From: an uncultured Pseudomonadota bacterium
Lineage (GTDB): Bacteria > Babelota > Babeliae > Babelales > Vermiphilaceae
Direction of reading: 5' to 3'
Length of the DNA: 64,000 nt
Assembly (NCBI GenBank): GCA_964350195.1
Contig: CAYGJB010000002.1
Location: 15,675 to 79,674 of the forward strand
Shown: positions 8,143 through 18,299 of the stretch, one piece after another
Position numbering within the stretch: the stretch's first letter is position 1
How the letters are laid out: the number at the start of each line of letters is the position of its first letter
Program-made: the position numbers and the translations under genes
Notes under the pieces: model-generated
Told to the model about the DNA's origin: nothing
Databases searched by the model: none
The model's input: only the letters and a program-made list of their open reading frames with translations

Positions 8143-10173
8143 CTATTGATAGAATCCTGAAGCTATCACATACGTTTTGCCATCTTTCTCAACTGATGAA
8201 ACATAATTGAGCTTTTTCGCTTGGTTCAAATACGCTTTAACAACCACCGGTCCTTGTTGTGCCTCATTAATAAAAGCCTTAATGAACGGTTTGCCTTTTT
8301 CATCTTTAATATCAAAAATATTACGCCAAATCAGATCAAAATCATTGCCATAGACATAACACAAGCCCGATGTATCTACGACGATAATCTCAAGATCTCC
8401 TCGTCTGAATCTACCATCAGTCTGTACAAATTGCTCAAATGCAACCGTACGACTATTTACTTTTAAGTAACTTGCAGCGCTTTGTACAAGCAGAATCATC
8501 GTTTCTGATTTTGATACTGGATAGTAACTTGAAGCAATTACATACTGGCCCACTCCTAAATCAATTCGCTGAGCAAACATTGATTCGAATGACCCCTTAA
8601 TCTTTGCATTCACCCAAATGCCCTGCTTAGTAGCCCGCTTAAGCATATTTTTGATATATGGTAAACCATCTTCATCTTTTGCATCAAGCATACTGCGACC
8701 AATATTATCCGCATTGTCACCATCAGCCACTACTTTTCCCTTTAGATCGTACACCATTATCGTAAGATCACCATATCGAAAATCATCATCGCGTCGCGAA
8801 GTAAAAGCTTCAACAGAGTTTGATTTTCCATGAGTTTTCATAAATTGGTATCCCTTGCGCACAAGGTCTATTGTACGCTCGCGATCAGCATCCGGGTAGT
8901 AACCACAAGCAATAAAGTAATTGTTCCCCTTTTTATCTTTTACTTTTTCCGCATATGCTTTCTTTGGCGCACGCTTTGAAATATAATCAACCCACACACC
9001 CTTAGTGCTTGTTTGTAGCTTTTTAACGATTTCACGATTTACATATTTGCCGTTTGAATCTTTGTAATCCCACGCATTTGAATTGATCAATCCAGGTCGC
9101 TCACCTTGCGCCTTAATCTTGCCATTAAAATCAAGCGCATACAGATATAGATTCCCCGCAACAAATGACCCACTCGGATAGCTTAATCGGCTAAACGCCC
9201 AGTCAGCCGGCTGGCCTTCTTCTTTGGTTTTGTTAAAGAGCGCTACACCGCCCTTCACTAAATTAACTACCGCCTCTTCTTTTGAATGTGGATAGTAACC
9301 AGCACCGATTGTGTATAGTTGGCCATATTTTTCCACCATTTCCACATAAGCAACTTTTGTTGCATTATGCCAGCCATACGTTACCCAGCCTCCACCATTT
9401 TTTGCTGTATTAATAATATCTCGGACAATATAGCTACCAACCCAATCCTGCAGATCGTAAAGATTTTTCCAAATCATATGAGAATCATCGCCATGCGCAA
9501 TACAAGTACCATGCACATCATACACAAAAACGTATAAATCTCCTTTAATAAACTCTTTTGTATGGCTAAATCGATTGCAGGCAATGTCAAGCGGCTTATC
9601 TAACAATTCTTGCTGTGCCATCTTTACAAGAGTTACCACATCCTTCTTTTTTTGCTCGATATCAAAGCTCAGTTCATCCGCCATTAAGATAGGTTCTGAT
9701 TTCTGTTCTTTTTTTTCTTTGTCTGTCTTATAGGTAATGATTGCATCGTCTTCCTCTTCATTTTCATCTTCATCAGCAGCAGCGCTTTCTGCTGACGCTG
9801 TAAGACTCTGAAGATCCGATTGTAATGCAGCAGAATCATCTTCTGATTCCCCTGTCTCTTCCATCTCAGCTAAGGCACTGTTTTCTTCGGTAGGCAAATG
9901 CGAAGTTTCATCCTGCCATTCGGCAGACTCATCATCCATAGGTTCGGACTCTTTTAATGATGAAAACTCTTCATCCGTAGAATCTTCTATAGATTCTTTT
10001 GGCTCTTGTACTTCTTTTTCGATCAGCTCTTCAGCTTTCATACCTTCATCATCAACGCTCATGGTACTTTTAAGATCAGAAGCCAATTTATTAATTTGAT
10101 CTAGATCTATTTTCTCCGCAGCAAAAATCGCAAATATAGTTATTGATATAAAAGCTACTAACCCTTTTTTCAT
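8143..10173 (-). CDS. secreted protein with four tandem single-Cache (sCache_2-like) domains and an acidic linker
   Basis: Signal peptide, then a D/E-rich region (aa 40-165), then a roughly 120-aa unit repeated four times. Each unit carries GDLYVFVYDVHG / GNLYLYALDFNG / GDLTIMVYDLKG / GDLEIIVVDTSG and ends in YTIGAGYYP / YFIACGYYP / YVIASSYYP / YVIASGFYQ. Confidence 0.7.
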   Translation of the reverse strand: MKKGLVAFISITIFAIFAAEKIDLDQINKLASDLKSTMSVDDEGMKAEELIEKEVQEPKESIEDSTDEEFSSLKESEPMDDESAEWQDETSHLPTEENSALAEMEETGESEDDSAALQSDLQSLTASAESAAADEDENEEEDDAIITYKTDKEKKEQKSEPILMADELSFDIEQKKKDVVTLVKMAQQELLDKPLDIACNRFSHTKEFIKGDLYVFVYDVHGTCIAHGDDSHMIWKNLYDLQDWVGSYIVRDIINTAKNGGGWVTYGWHNATKVAYVEMVEKYGQLYTIGAGYYPHSKEEAVVNLVKGGVALFNKTKEEGQPADWAFSRLSYPSGSFVAGNLYLYALDFNGKIKAQGERPGLINSNAWDYKDSNGKYVNREIVKKLQTSTKGVWVDYISKRAPKKAYAEKVKDKKGNNYFIACGYYPDADRERTIDLVRKGYQFMKTHGKSNSVEAFTSRRDDDFRYGDLTIMVYDLKGKVVADGDNADNIGRSMLDAKDEDGLPYIKNMLKRATKQGIWVNAKIKGSFESMFAQRIDLGVGQYVIASSYYPVSKSETMILLVQSAASYLKVNSRTVAFEQFVQTDGRFRRGDLEIIVVDTSGLCYVYGNDFDLIWRNIFDIKDEKGKPFIKAFINEAQQGPVVVKAYLNQAKKLNYVSSVEKDGKTYVIASGFYQ

Positions 10174-10201
10174 TACTCATTCCTTTTTTAAAAGTGTCTT
10201 T

Positions 10202-10891
10202 TTAATCTCTTCTGCGTCCCATAAACCTTAGAAGGAAAAAAAATAGATTAATAAAATCCAAATATAACGTGAGGGCTCCAAGCACTGCAACCTTACTCAT
10301 CATTTGGCTGTCACCGGACATGTATTGGCCCATTTGTTTAATTTTTTGGGTATCATAGGCCGCCAGCAATGTAAAAACAACTACACCGATCGCTGAATAC
10401 ACCAAATCAATCATTGGGTTTTGTAGAAAGAGATTCACAAGCATCGCTATAATCATACCCCAGAGAGCCATCATAAGAACATTCCCAAGACGTGTAAGAT
10501 CAGCGCGCGTCAAATAACCATAGATACACATAACACCAAACATACCTGAAGTAACCGCAAATGTTTGAACAATTGAGCCCTGGGTATACACCATGAATAT
10601 GATTGACGACGTTACCCCCACAGAAATGGAGTACACTAGAAACATAGTAAGTGCCATAGGAAATGTAAGCTTTTCAATCATCGCGCTCAGAGAAATTACG
10701 AGTGCAAACTGACCAACAATGATGAGAGTGACTAGAATAGGACTACCAAACAGCGTTGTAGCTATATTAGGAATACGAGAGATGTAATACGCTGTTACTC
10801 CCGTCAAAGCAAGCGCGCCAGACATTAACCCATACACACTGTACATAAAATTAATAAGCCGATCCTGTCCTGCATATTCTTGTTCAAACAT
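10202..10891 (-). CDS. Bax-inhibitor-1/YccA family membrane protein
   Basis: 229 aa with seven hydrophobic helices. The N-terminal F..VY..M..AL..T and the basic C-terminal tail (MGRRRD) are typical of the BI-1/TMBIM family. Confidence 0.8.
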   Translation of the reverse strand: MFEQEYAGQDRLINFMYSVYGLMSGALALTGVTAYYISRIPNIATTLFGSPILVTLIIVGQFALVISLSAMIEKLTFPMALTMFLVYSISVGVTSSIIFMVYTQGSIVQTFAVTSGMFGVMCIYGYLTRADLTRLGNVLMMALWGMIIAMLVNLFLQNPMIDLVYSAIGVVVFTLLAAYDTQKIKQMGQYMSGDSQMMSKVAVLGALTLYLDFINLFFFLLRFMGRRRD

Positions 10892-11057
10892 AAAAACTCC
10901 TTGTAAAGCATAAAGTCATTAATAAACACATGCATTCAATATAGGATCCAAACTGGTTTTGTTCAACTTTTTTGCACCAGCCGACCAAAAAGAATATGAT
11001 AGCTAATATCTTATACATGAATTTGCGGTAGCTAAAATAATTATTAAAGGAGATGTT

Positions 11058-11726
11058 ATGAATCGTATTACCACCCTATCTATAGCTTTACTACTTTCCT
11101 GCTCGCTTGCCGCCTGGAAGGGAACAGAACCCATTGGAGAACAGCCTATATTTATGGGAGTTCTTTCAAGCCAAGAAGGAAATGTATTTAATGTTACCAA
11201 TATCTCTATAGGACGCTCACGAGATACTCATGAAAAAATTATACTGTACGAAATGCCAAAAAATCTTAAAGAAAAGTCCAAGAATAACTTTCTTTCAATG
11301 AACCCAAATGAAGATCTCACCACGGCACAATTAGAGATCATCAAAACAAAAAAAATTGAAGTACCAAATCCACACACTCTGTGGTTATGGAAAGAGAAGG
11401 ACAGCAAACGATCTGTTACCATTGCACGGGAATACATTGAGGTTATTGTTACATGGAAATCTGGTGGAGCAGTACATTATTTGTTAGAATTAGGCCCTGA
11501 AGATAGCCGTCGACCCGTTAAAATATTTTGTGATGTGATCGATAAACCAGTCACTGGCATAAGGCAAGACGGCACACTTTTTTGCCCGGGCCTAACAAAA
11601 AATGATTTACACAAAAAAGGAGCCCCTTTTCCTTCTGTGAAATCGTTAGTACTTGAAGAACCATGTTTTAAAGTTCCTACAGAAAATGGCGGCACAGTAA
11701 AACAAAACAGTAACACGAAAAAATAA
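11058..11726 (+). CDS. hypothetical lipoprotein
   Basis: Signal peptide with lipobox LLSC. There is an AAAGGAG RBS upstream. No recognisable domain. Confidence 0.6.
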   Translation: MNRITTLSIALLLSCSLAAWKGTEPIGEQPIFMGVLSSQEGNVFNVTNISIGRSRDTHEKIILYEMPKNLKEKSKNNFLSMNPNEDLTTAQLEIIKTKKIEVPNPHTLWLWKEKDSKRSVTIAREYIEVIVTWKSGGAVHYLLELGPEDSRRPVKIFCDVIDKPVTGIRQDGTLFCPGLTKNDLHKKGAPFPSVKSLVLEEPCFKVPTENGGTVKQNSNTKK

Positions 11727-11737
11727 AGGATATTGCT

Positions 11738-12055
11738 ATGGCAATTTCAGTCACCAAAGAAAATTTTGATACAGAAGTACTTAAATCTAATAAACCAGTT
11801 ATTATTGATGTATTTGCAAGCTGGTGCGGACCATGTCAGCAAATGATGCCAATAATCGAAGAGCTGGAACAAGAGCATGCCAACTTCAAATTCGTAACAC
11901 TTAATGTTGATGAAGCTCGTGAACTTTCCATTAAATATGGCGTTATCTCTGTTCCTACATTTCTCTTTATAAAAAATGGAGAAGTGGTAGGCAAAGAAAC
12001 TGGCTACATGAGTAAAGATCAATTCACTGAAAAAATGGAAGCGGCATTAAAATAA
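11738..12055 (+). CDS. trxA: thioredoxin
   Basis: 105 aa with the WCGPC active site and the VPT cis-Pro loop. Confidence 0.95.
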   Translation: MAISVTKENFDTEVLKSNKPVIIDVFASWCGPCQQMMPIIEELEQEHANFKFVTLNVDEARELSIKYGVISVPTFLFIKNGEVVGKETGYMSKDQFTEKMEAALK

Positions 12056-12077
12056 CCAAAACGCACCTAGGATAAGC

Positions 12078-12488
12078 ATGACGATCAATCGAGTTCGCTT
12101 TGGTATATATAAGTTAGTCCGTGATAAGATTCCTCTACTTATGAAAGAATCGAATATTCTTATTCGGCAACGACAGCTAGATACTGAAAGCTATATTAAA
12201 GAGCTTAAAAATAAGCTCGTTGAAGAAGCACAAGAGGCTGCTTGCGCAGAGCCAGGTCAATTACATGATGAGCTATGCGATGTGCTTGAAGTTCTCCTTG
12301 CAATAGCAGCTGCCACCGGCAGCTCTTTTGATCAAATCAATAGCTTACGAAAAGAAAAGCATAAAGTACGCGGTGGCTTTGATAATCGTATATTCACTGA
12401 ATATGTCGAAGCGCCGCCATCGAGTGAAGCATTTGTATACTTTAGCAAAGATCCCGTGCGATATCCTGTCATAACAGAAAAGGAATAA
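12078..12488 (+). CDS. MazG-like / phosphoribosyl-ATP pyrophosphohydrolase-like NTP pyrophosphatase
   Basis: KLVRDKIP...LVEEAQE...ELCDVLEVLLAIA is an all-alpha EExxE/D-type house-cleaning pyrophosphatase pattern. Confidence 0.65.
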   Translation: MTINRVRFGIYKLVRDKIPLLMKESNILIRQRQLDTESYIKELKNKLVEEAQEAACAEPGQLHDELCDVLEVLLAIAAATGSSFDQINSLRKEKHKVRGGFDNRIFTEYVEAPPSSEAFVYFSKDPVRYPVITEKE

Positions 12489-12489
12489 G

Positions 12490-12942
12490 ATGATCCGGCT
12501 CATGTGCGTCACCATATACATTTTCAACACCAAAGGCACACACACGCTTTTGATGAATCATCGTAAACTTCAAAAATGGGTACCATCAGGTGGCAAAGTA
12601 GATCCGAATGAAATACCAGACCATGCTGCAGTCAGAGAGGCAAAAGAAGAAACAGGTTTAGACATTTGTTTACTGGGAGAAACGGCTCCCGTTACAGGAG
12701 GCCTCATTCGCCCTTTTGCTACACAGCTCAATGAAATCACTCCCGGAGAAAAAGAGCATATAGATTTAATATATGTTGCTATACCTAGGGGTGAAGCCAC
12801 TCTAAAAAATAATATTCGCGAATCTGAAGAAATAAAGTGGTTCTCTATTGAAGAAGTTCTTAATCAACGGCTTAACACCTTTCCATCGGTACGCATTTGG
12901 GTGGAAAAATTTTCTCAAGAAATACGAAATAAAACGATTTAA
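12490..12942 (+). CDS. NUDIX hydrolase
   Basis: Complete Nudix box GKVDPNEIPDHAAVREAKEETG (Gx5Ex7REx2EExG). Confidence 0.9.
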   Translation: MIRLMCVTIYIFNTKGTHTLLMNHRKLQKWVPSGGKVDPNEIPDHAAVREAKEETGLDICLLGETAPVTGGLIRPFATQLNEITPGEKEHIDLIYVAIPRGEATLKNNIRESEEIKWFSIEEVLNQRLNTFPSVRIWVEKFSQEIRNKTI

Positions 12943-14273
12943 TTCTTTGCATCCCGCACTTCATAGCCTAAGCTTTTCAATCGATCTCTAATTTCATCTG
13001 CGCACGCCCAATTTTTTTGTGTACGCGCTACTTCTCGCTCAGCCAAAAGCTTTTCTATTTCAGAAGTGATTTCTTGCTTTCTTTCTGATGCTTGCGTCAG
13101 ACGTAAACCAAGAATATCATGTAGGATTTGTTTCACACCAGAGGCTTGTTTAGCATCATTTTTTACCTCATCAATCGCCTCAAATACCACGCCAAACATA
13201 CCAGTGCTATTTAGATCGTCCATCAAAAATGAAAGCATCTTTTGTGTAACGGGCATTGCTTCTAGCTCATTTTTTGTAAATGTTCCCACAGGTACGTCTG
13301 CAAGTGCACGGCATAGTCGCCGATAGCTTTTAATAGAGCCATCAAGCTCTTCAAAAGAAAACTCCATTGGTGAATGATAATGATGCAAAAGAAAATAAAA
13401 GCGAAGCTCCATAGGATCATACTTTTTTAAAATATCTTCGAGCGCCAAAATGTTACCCAACGATTTCGACATTTTTTCTTTATCAAGATTCATTAAGCCA
13501 TTGTGTACCCAAAATAGCGCAAACTGTTTTCCTGTTTTTGCTTCCGATTGAGCAATCTCATTTTCATGATGAGGAAACATTAAATCTCTACCGCCGCCAT
13601 GAATATCTATTTGATCGCCTAAATAGTGAGACGCTAAAGCAGAACATTCAATGTGCCACCCTGGGCGCCCATATCCCCACGGGCTTTTCCAAAAAGTGCC
13701 ATTCGTTTCTTTTTTCCACAAAGCAAAATCCAATGGATCCTTCTTTTTATCGCCAGTCTCAATTCGTGTTCCAGAGCGAAGCTCATCTATTTGCTGCTTT
13801 GATAGCTTTCCATATTCAGGAAACGTTTTAACTGCAAAATAAACATCTCCACCAGATTCATAGGCATGCCCTTTTTCTATGAGCGCCTCAATAAACTCAA
13901 TAATAATTGGAATATGTTGGGTAACGCGTGGCTCATGCTTAGGCGCAAGATTATTGAGTTGATCCATTTCTTTCTTATATTGTGCAATAACAACATCGGC
14001 TATCTCTTTATACCGCAGAGGATCGCCCAGCTGCTCGCCAGCCTTTTTTAAAAGTTTGTCATCAATATCAGTATAGTTACGCACATACGTAACGTCGTAT
14101 CCCAAAAAACGCAAAAATCTATACAACAAATCGAATGAAACATACGATCTGCCATGCCCAATATGCGCCCTATCATATGGGGTAATACCACACGCATACA
14201 AGCTCACCTTTGGCGGCAGTAACGGCTTAAAGGGCTGTTTTCTTCCTGATACAGTGTCACTGAGTGTAAACAT
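12939..14273 (-). CDS. cysS: cysteine--tRNA ligase
   Basis: HIGH motif (AHIGHGRSY), KMSKS motif, and WPGWHIEC zinc/cysteine-binding region. 444 aa. Confidence 0.95.
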   Translation of the reverse strand: MFTLSDTVSGRKQPFKPLLPPKVSLYACGITPYDRAHIGHGRSYVSFDLLYRFLRFLGYDVTYVRNYTDIDDKLLKKAGEQLGDPLRYKEIADVVIAQYKKEMDQLNNLAPKHEPRVTQHIPIIIEFIEALIEKGHAYESGGDVYFAVKTFPEYGKLSKQQIDELRSGTRIETGDKKKDPLDFALWKKETNGTFWKSPWGYGRPGWHIECSALASHYLGDQIDIHGGGRDLMFPHHENEIAQSEAKTGKQFALFWVHNGLMNLDKEKMSKSLGNILALEDILKKYDPMELRFYFLLHHYHSPMEFSFEELDGSIKSYRRLCRALADVPVGTFTKNELEAMPVTQKMLSFLMDDLNSTGMFGVVFEAIDEVKNDAKQASGVKQILHDILGLRLTQASERKQEITSEIEKLLAEREVARTQKNWACADEIRDRLKSLGYEVRDAKN

Positions 14274-14446
14274 AAAAAACCTAGCAATTAATCGTTATAT
14301 TCTATCAATAGATCTTCATTTTTAGCTTACCGAAAAAAGCAGAATCGCTCTAGTCAATTGCAAAAAAAATCGCTATATTCAATCAACTCTCAGACAAAAA
14401 AACTTCACGCCCCTTTTATCAGCAGGGAAAATGCAGGAGCTTGTAG

Positions 14447-16993
14447 ATGATGCCAACACAGTTAAAACGATGTTTGGTTTATGGTGTATTGATAGGCATA
14501 ACAATTTGTATGCCTCTCTTTATTTTAGCAGAAATACCCGGTAGCTCTTCTTCTTCACAAGAAGAGAAGAAACAAAACTATGTTCAAGCACAAAGACGTA
14601 TTCGCGCGATACATATCATTGGAAATAAAGCAATTACGCAAGAATCACTTTTAAACTATATACCCTATCAGGTTGGCGATACGGTAATGATTCAACAAAA
14701 TGGCCAAATTGAAGGATCAGGACAGCTCATTCGTAAGCTTTATACACAGCTCAAACGGTTTCGTAATATTACATTGCTCGGCGATTTAATCGAGTCAAGT
14801 GAGCTCGATCTTTATATTTTGGTAGAAGAAAAACCTCCTCTTCTTGAAGTCCTTTTCAAAGGTAATAAACAGGTAAAGGACGCAGAAATACGCAAAAAAG
14901 TTGATATTAACGTACCAGCCGTCGACGCAGAAGAACTAAACGTTTTTGCAACTCACATGAAAAAGCTGTACTACGAGCAAGGCTATCAAAACGTAAAAAT
15001 AACCACCGCTCTTACCGTAAACGAAGAAGGATATGCCACCGCAACATTCACATTTGATGAAGGAAAAAAATCTCGTATTCGAAGAATTCGCTTTGAAGGT
15101 AATCACGCTTATAGCGAAAAAGACCTCAAAAATGCTCTTTTTACTCGTGAAGAATGGGTCTTAAGCTTTATTGATAAAACGGGTACCTTTCATCCCGAAC
15201 GGCTCGAAGCGGACAAGCATATGGTCGAGCAATTCTATCAAAATCATGGCTATCTTCATGCAAAAGTAATCAATGTTCGCATTGAAGAAGAGCCAGGCAC
15301 CAATATTCTCACACTTACTTTTGAAATTGAAGAAGGTAACCGCTATACCATTAAAAAAGTTGAAGCCCCAGGAAACGATTTAGTTTCAGAGCAGTTCCTT
15401 CTCGCAAATATTCCTGTACGTCCAGGCCAATATTATTCACGAGAACGCGTTGGCAATACTATAAAACAGATGGAATTCCTTTGGGGGAATATGGGATATA
15501 TTTTTGCTTCAATTGAACCGGGCGTAACCGTTGATGAAGATGAAAAAACGGTAAATGTTTCTTTCTCGTCAGATATCGGAAAAAAAATCGCGTTAAATCG
15601 TATCATCATCAAGGGAAATAAAAAAACACGCGATAAAGTTATTCGACGACGCATTCCGCTTAAGGAAGGTGGAACCCTCACACAAGGAGCAATGGATAGC
15701 TCAAAGAATGGTATTCAAAGTCTTGGTTATTTTGATGTACAAGATGGGGTGAACTGGAAAGTACGACGCCTCAATGATGAAGAAGCTGATCTTGATCTGA
15801 TTGTTAAAGAAGGAAAAACTGGTCATGCCAACATACAGCTCCAATTTGGTGGATCAGGCAAAGAAATAAATTCCATACTTTCCGCGGTAAGCGTAAAGGG
15901 ATCTATCGCCGATTCAAATCTCTTTGGTACTGGTACCTCCGTTAATCTTGAAGGTAGTTGGTCAAAGGATGAGCAAACAGTGCTGTTTCACATCGCACAG
16001 CCTTGGCTCTTTGACAAGCCACTTTCTGGTTCACTTGATATTTATCATAAGCGTCCTTCTTATGATCAGCTCAAACATCTCACTGCAGCAGTACATGCCC
16101 GCATAACTGGTGGCGCTACAACGCTCGGCTTTCTCACCAATCCTCGCTGGCCATTCTTTGATAGCTCACAAGTACTGTTTAGCCTTGGCATTGATAGCTT
16201 AAAATATAATGCACCTCCAGTACCATTCACATTTTCTCAATCTGATCTACCAAAGAATGTTACCGTCGCACAAGCAAACGCTGATTATCGTTCTATTATT
16301 GGAAAAGAATTTACACCAGGCGGCTTTCTTTGGCTTGCCAACCATTTAGAACAAGATAAGCGTAATCATCCCATACATAGTAGTCGTGGGCACAAATGGA
16401 AAATGACAACCAAGATTGCTGTACCTTCTCTCGACCCGCAAATAAGCGGGTTGAAAGAAAATGCTGCTTTGCGTCGTCTTGGTTTTGGAAAAATATTTTT
16501 TGATTATACCTGGTATACACCACTAATCAATGAACAAGATCTAGTATTTAAACTACATCTTTTTTTCGGTTTTGCGGCTCCCTATAGTAATAAACTTATT
16601 CCTTTTGGTGAGCTGTTTCATGTTGGCGGTGATACAACCGTTCGTGGTTTCTCCTACGGAGAAATTGGACCAAAATTCTTAGGAGATACGATTGGTGGAA
16701 AAAAAGCAATGTTCATGAACGCAGAGCTTATTTTCCCAATTACGCAAGATATGAGTATGAAAGGGGTAGTATTTTATGACGGCGGTTCCGGATGGGATAA
16801 TCCGTATGTTACTGATCAAATGATATCACAGGGATTGGTAACCGATAACAGTTTTGATTATCGCCACTCCGTTGGCTTTGGCATTCGCATGCTCAGACCA
16901 GTTCCGGTGCGAGTTGATTGGGGCTTTAAGCTCGATCCTCGCACAGGAGAAAAAGAAAGTCAGATCCATTTTGGCATGACATACGATTGGTAA
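14447..16993 (+). CDS. bamA: outer membrane protein assembly factor BamA (Omp85)
   Basis: 848 aa with a signal peptide, repeated POTRA-like units (I..I.I.GN...), a C-terminal barrel with VRGF and a terminal ...GMTYDW. Confidence 0.9.
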   Translation: MMPTQLKRCLVYGVLIGITICMPLFILAEIPGSSSSSQEEKKQNYVQAQRRIRAIHIIGNKAITQESLLNYIPYQVGDTVMIQQNGQIEGSGQLIRKLYTQLKRFRNITLLGDLIESSELDLYILVEEKPPLLEVLFKGNKQVKDAEIRKKVDINVPAVDAEELNVFATHMKKLYYEQGYQNVKITTALTVNEEGYATATFTFDEGKKSRIRRIRFEGNHAYSEKDLKNALFTREEWVLSFIDKTGTFHPERLEADKHMVEQFYQNHGYLHAKVINVRIEEEPGTNILTLTFEIEEGNRYTIKKVEAPGNDLVSEQFLLANIPVRPGQYYSRERVGNTIKQMEFLWGNMGYIFASIEPGVTVDEDEKTVNVSFSSDIGKKIALNRIIIKGNKKTRDKVIRRRIPLKEGGTLTQGAMDSSKNGIQSLGYFDVQDGVNWKVRRLNDEEADLDLIVKEGKTGHANIQLQFGGSGKEINSILSAVSVKGSIADSNLFGTGTSVNLEGSWSKDEQTVLFHIAQPWLFDKPLSGSLDIYHKRPSYDQLKHLTAAVHARITGGATTLGFLTNPRWPFFDSSQVLFSLGIDSLKYNAPPVPFTFSQSDLPKNVTVAQANADYRSIIGKEFTPGGFLWLANHLEQDKRNHPIHSSRGHKWKMTTKIAVPSLDPQISGLKENAALRRLGFGKIFFDYTWYTPLINEQDLVFKLHLFFGFAAPYSNKLIPFGELFHVGGDTTVRGFSYGEIGPKFLGDTIGGKKAMFMNAELIFPITQDMSMKGVVFYDGGSGWDNPYVTDQMISQGLVTDNSFDYRHSVGFGIRMLRPVPVRVDWGFKLDPRTGEKESQIHFGMTYDW

Positions 16994-17016
16994 CTATCAA
17001 AAAATAGGTATGCGCT

Positions 17017-17433
17017 ATGATAAAAAATCGATTTATAATTATTGCGCTGATCACAATTGCAATACCTATAATCATCGATACAAAATCGAAACAAAAAGAA
17101 CCAACATTTGCTGATCGTCAATTTAAAAAAAAGCAACTCGCCGGAGCTGAAAATATCGATAAATGGATCACCGCAATGCTGGGAATTTCTGCTGCATCTC
17201 AGCTTTCCAGTGATTGGAAAATCAATTTTATTACCAAAAATATTAATCCCTATGGTTTTAAACTGAAAGATAACAATGGCAAAATTACCTCTGCTCTTAT
17301 TCTTGCCAAACTAGTGATAACTCTTCAGCGCATGCATCTACATAATCGCTACATCGGCTGTAATCCATTCTATATGATACCATCAATGATTTATTTTATG
17401 ACGGTTGATATGGCTTCATGGGCTTTGAAATAG
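17017..17433 (+). CDS. hypothetical membrane protein
   Basis: ORF with an N-terminal TM helix, in the same direction as bamA. No recognisable family. Confidence 0.45.
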   Translation: MIKNRFIIIALITIAIPIIIDTKSKQKEPTFADRQFKKKQLAGAENIDKWITAMLGISAASQLSSDWKINFITKNINPYGFKLKDNNGKITSALILAKLVITLQRMHLHNRYIGCNPFYMIPSMIYFMTVDMASWALK

Positions 17434-17451
17434 ATTAGAAAGCAAAATATC

Positions 17452-17946
17452 ATGACACGGATAAAAAAAATTATTCTTTGCACACTATGCTTATCACTGT
17501 TTATGCCCACAAATCTTAATGCTGACTCTTACAAGATAAAAAAATTTTTGTTTGAAAATGCAGATACTATTGCTGATGTATATACCATTGCATCATTCTT
17601 TATCGAGCTTTTAAATCCACCATCACTGCACAATGTGCCCGCAAAGAAGCTCAAAAAAGATCGTAAATCAGCAACCCTTAAATCATTATTTTTTCTCCCA
17701 TTGGCAATAGGTATGAGAGCAGTGGTATTTCCCTATCTTAAAATAAAACAAACCCACAGCTGGATAGACTCCTTCAGAATTTTTTTGCTCATGCTTGCCT
17801 GTTCTATTCCAGAAGGCAAAGTACTCAACTCATTGCAAGAAATATGGTTTATTTGGCGAGAGCAGACAAAAAGAAAAAAACAATTGAAAAAACGAGACAA
17901 AGGCTTGGTTTTTAGACCGGGCCTTTTTTCTAGCGTATCTCCTTAG
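17452..17946 (+). CDS. hypothetical membrane protein
   Basis: Signal-like N-terminus plus internal hydrophobic helices. No recognisable family. Confidence 0.45.
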   Translation: MTRIKKIILCTLCLSLFMPTNLNADSYKIKKFLFENADTIADVYTIASFFIELLNPPSLHNVPAKKLKKDRKSATLKSLFFLPLAIGMRAVVFPYLKIKQTHSWIDSFRIFLLMLACSIPEGKVLNSLQEIWFIWREQTKRKKQLKKRDKGLVFRPGLFSSVSP

Positions 17947-18026
17947 AAATATGCTACATCTATTTCATACAAGCATATAACTCGTTCGCAAACTATGCCA
18001 AGCGAACGATAAAAAGGAGATACACC

Positions 18027-18299
18027 ATGAAAAAAAACTTTTTTATCACCCTGTTTATTGGCGTTCACATCAGCTTTTTTTTTCTCCAAATTCATAAGCA
18101 AATGCAATTTATAAAAGAATCATTCACCAAGCAACGCAATGAACAAACAGTCTCTAAGCTCATACACAAAAAACAAGCAAAGCTCAATGAACTTCATGCT
18201 CTTCAAAGTAGACAAGAAGTTGCCTCTTATGCGCAAAAAAAATTGGCTATGCGTCCTGTTTTAGTAACTCAACTCAATAGGTATTATGAACAGTCGTAG
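18027..18299 (+). CDS. ftsL: FtsL-like cell division protein
   Basis: 90 aa with a single N-terminal TM helix followed by coiled coil. It lies immediately upstream of ftsI and overlaps it, which is the canonical ftsL position. The sequence itself is not diagnostic. Confidence 0.55.
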   Translation: MKKNFFITLFIGVHISFFFLQIHKQMQFIKESFTKQRNEQTVSKLIHKKQAKLNELHALQSRQEVASYAQKKLAMRPVLVTQLNRYYEQS

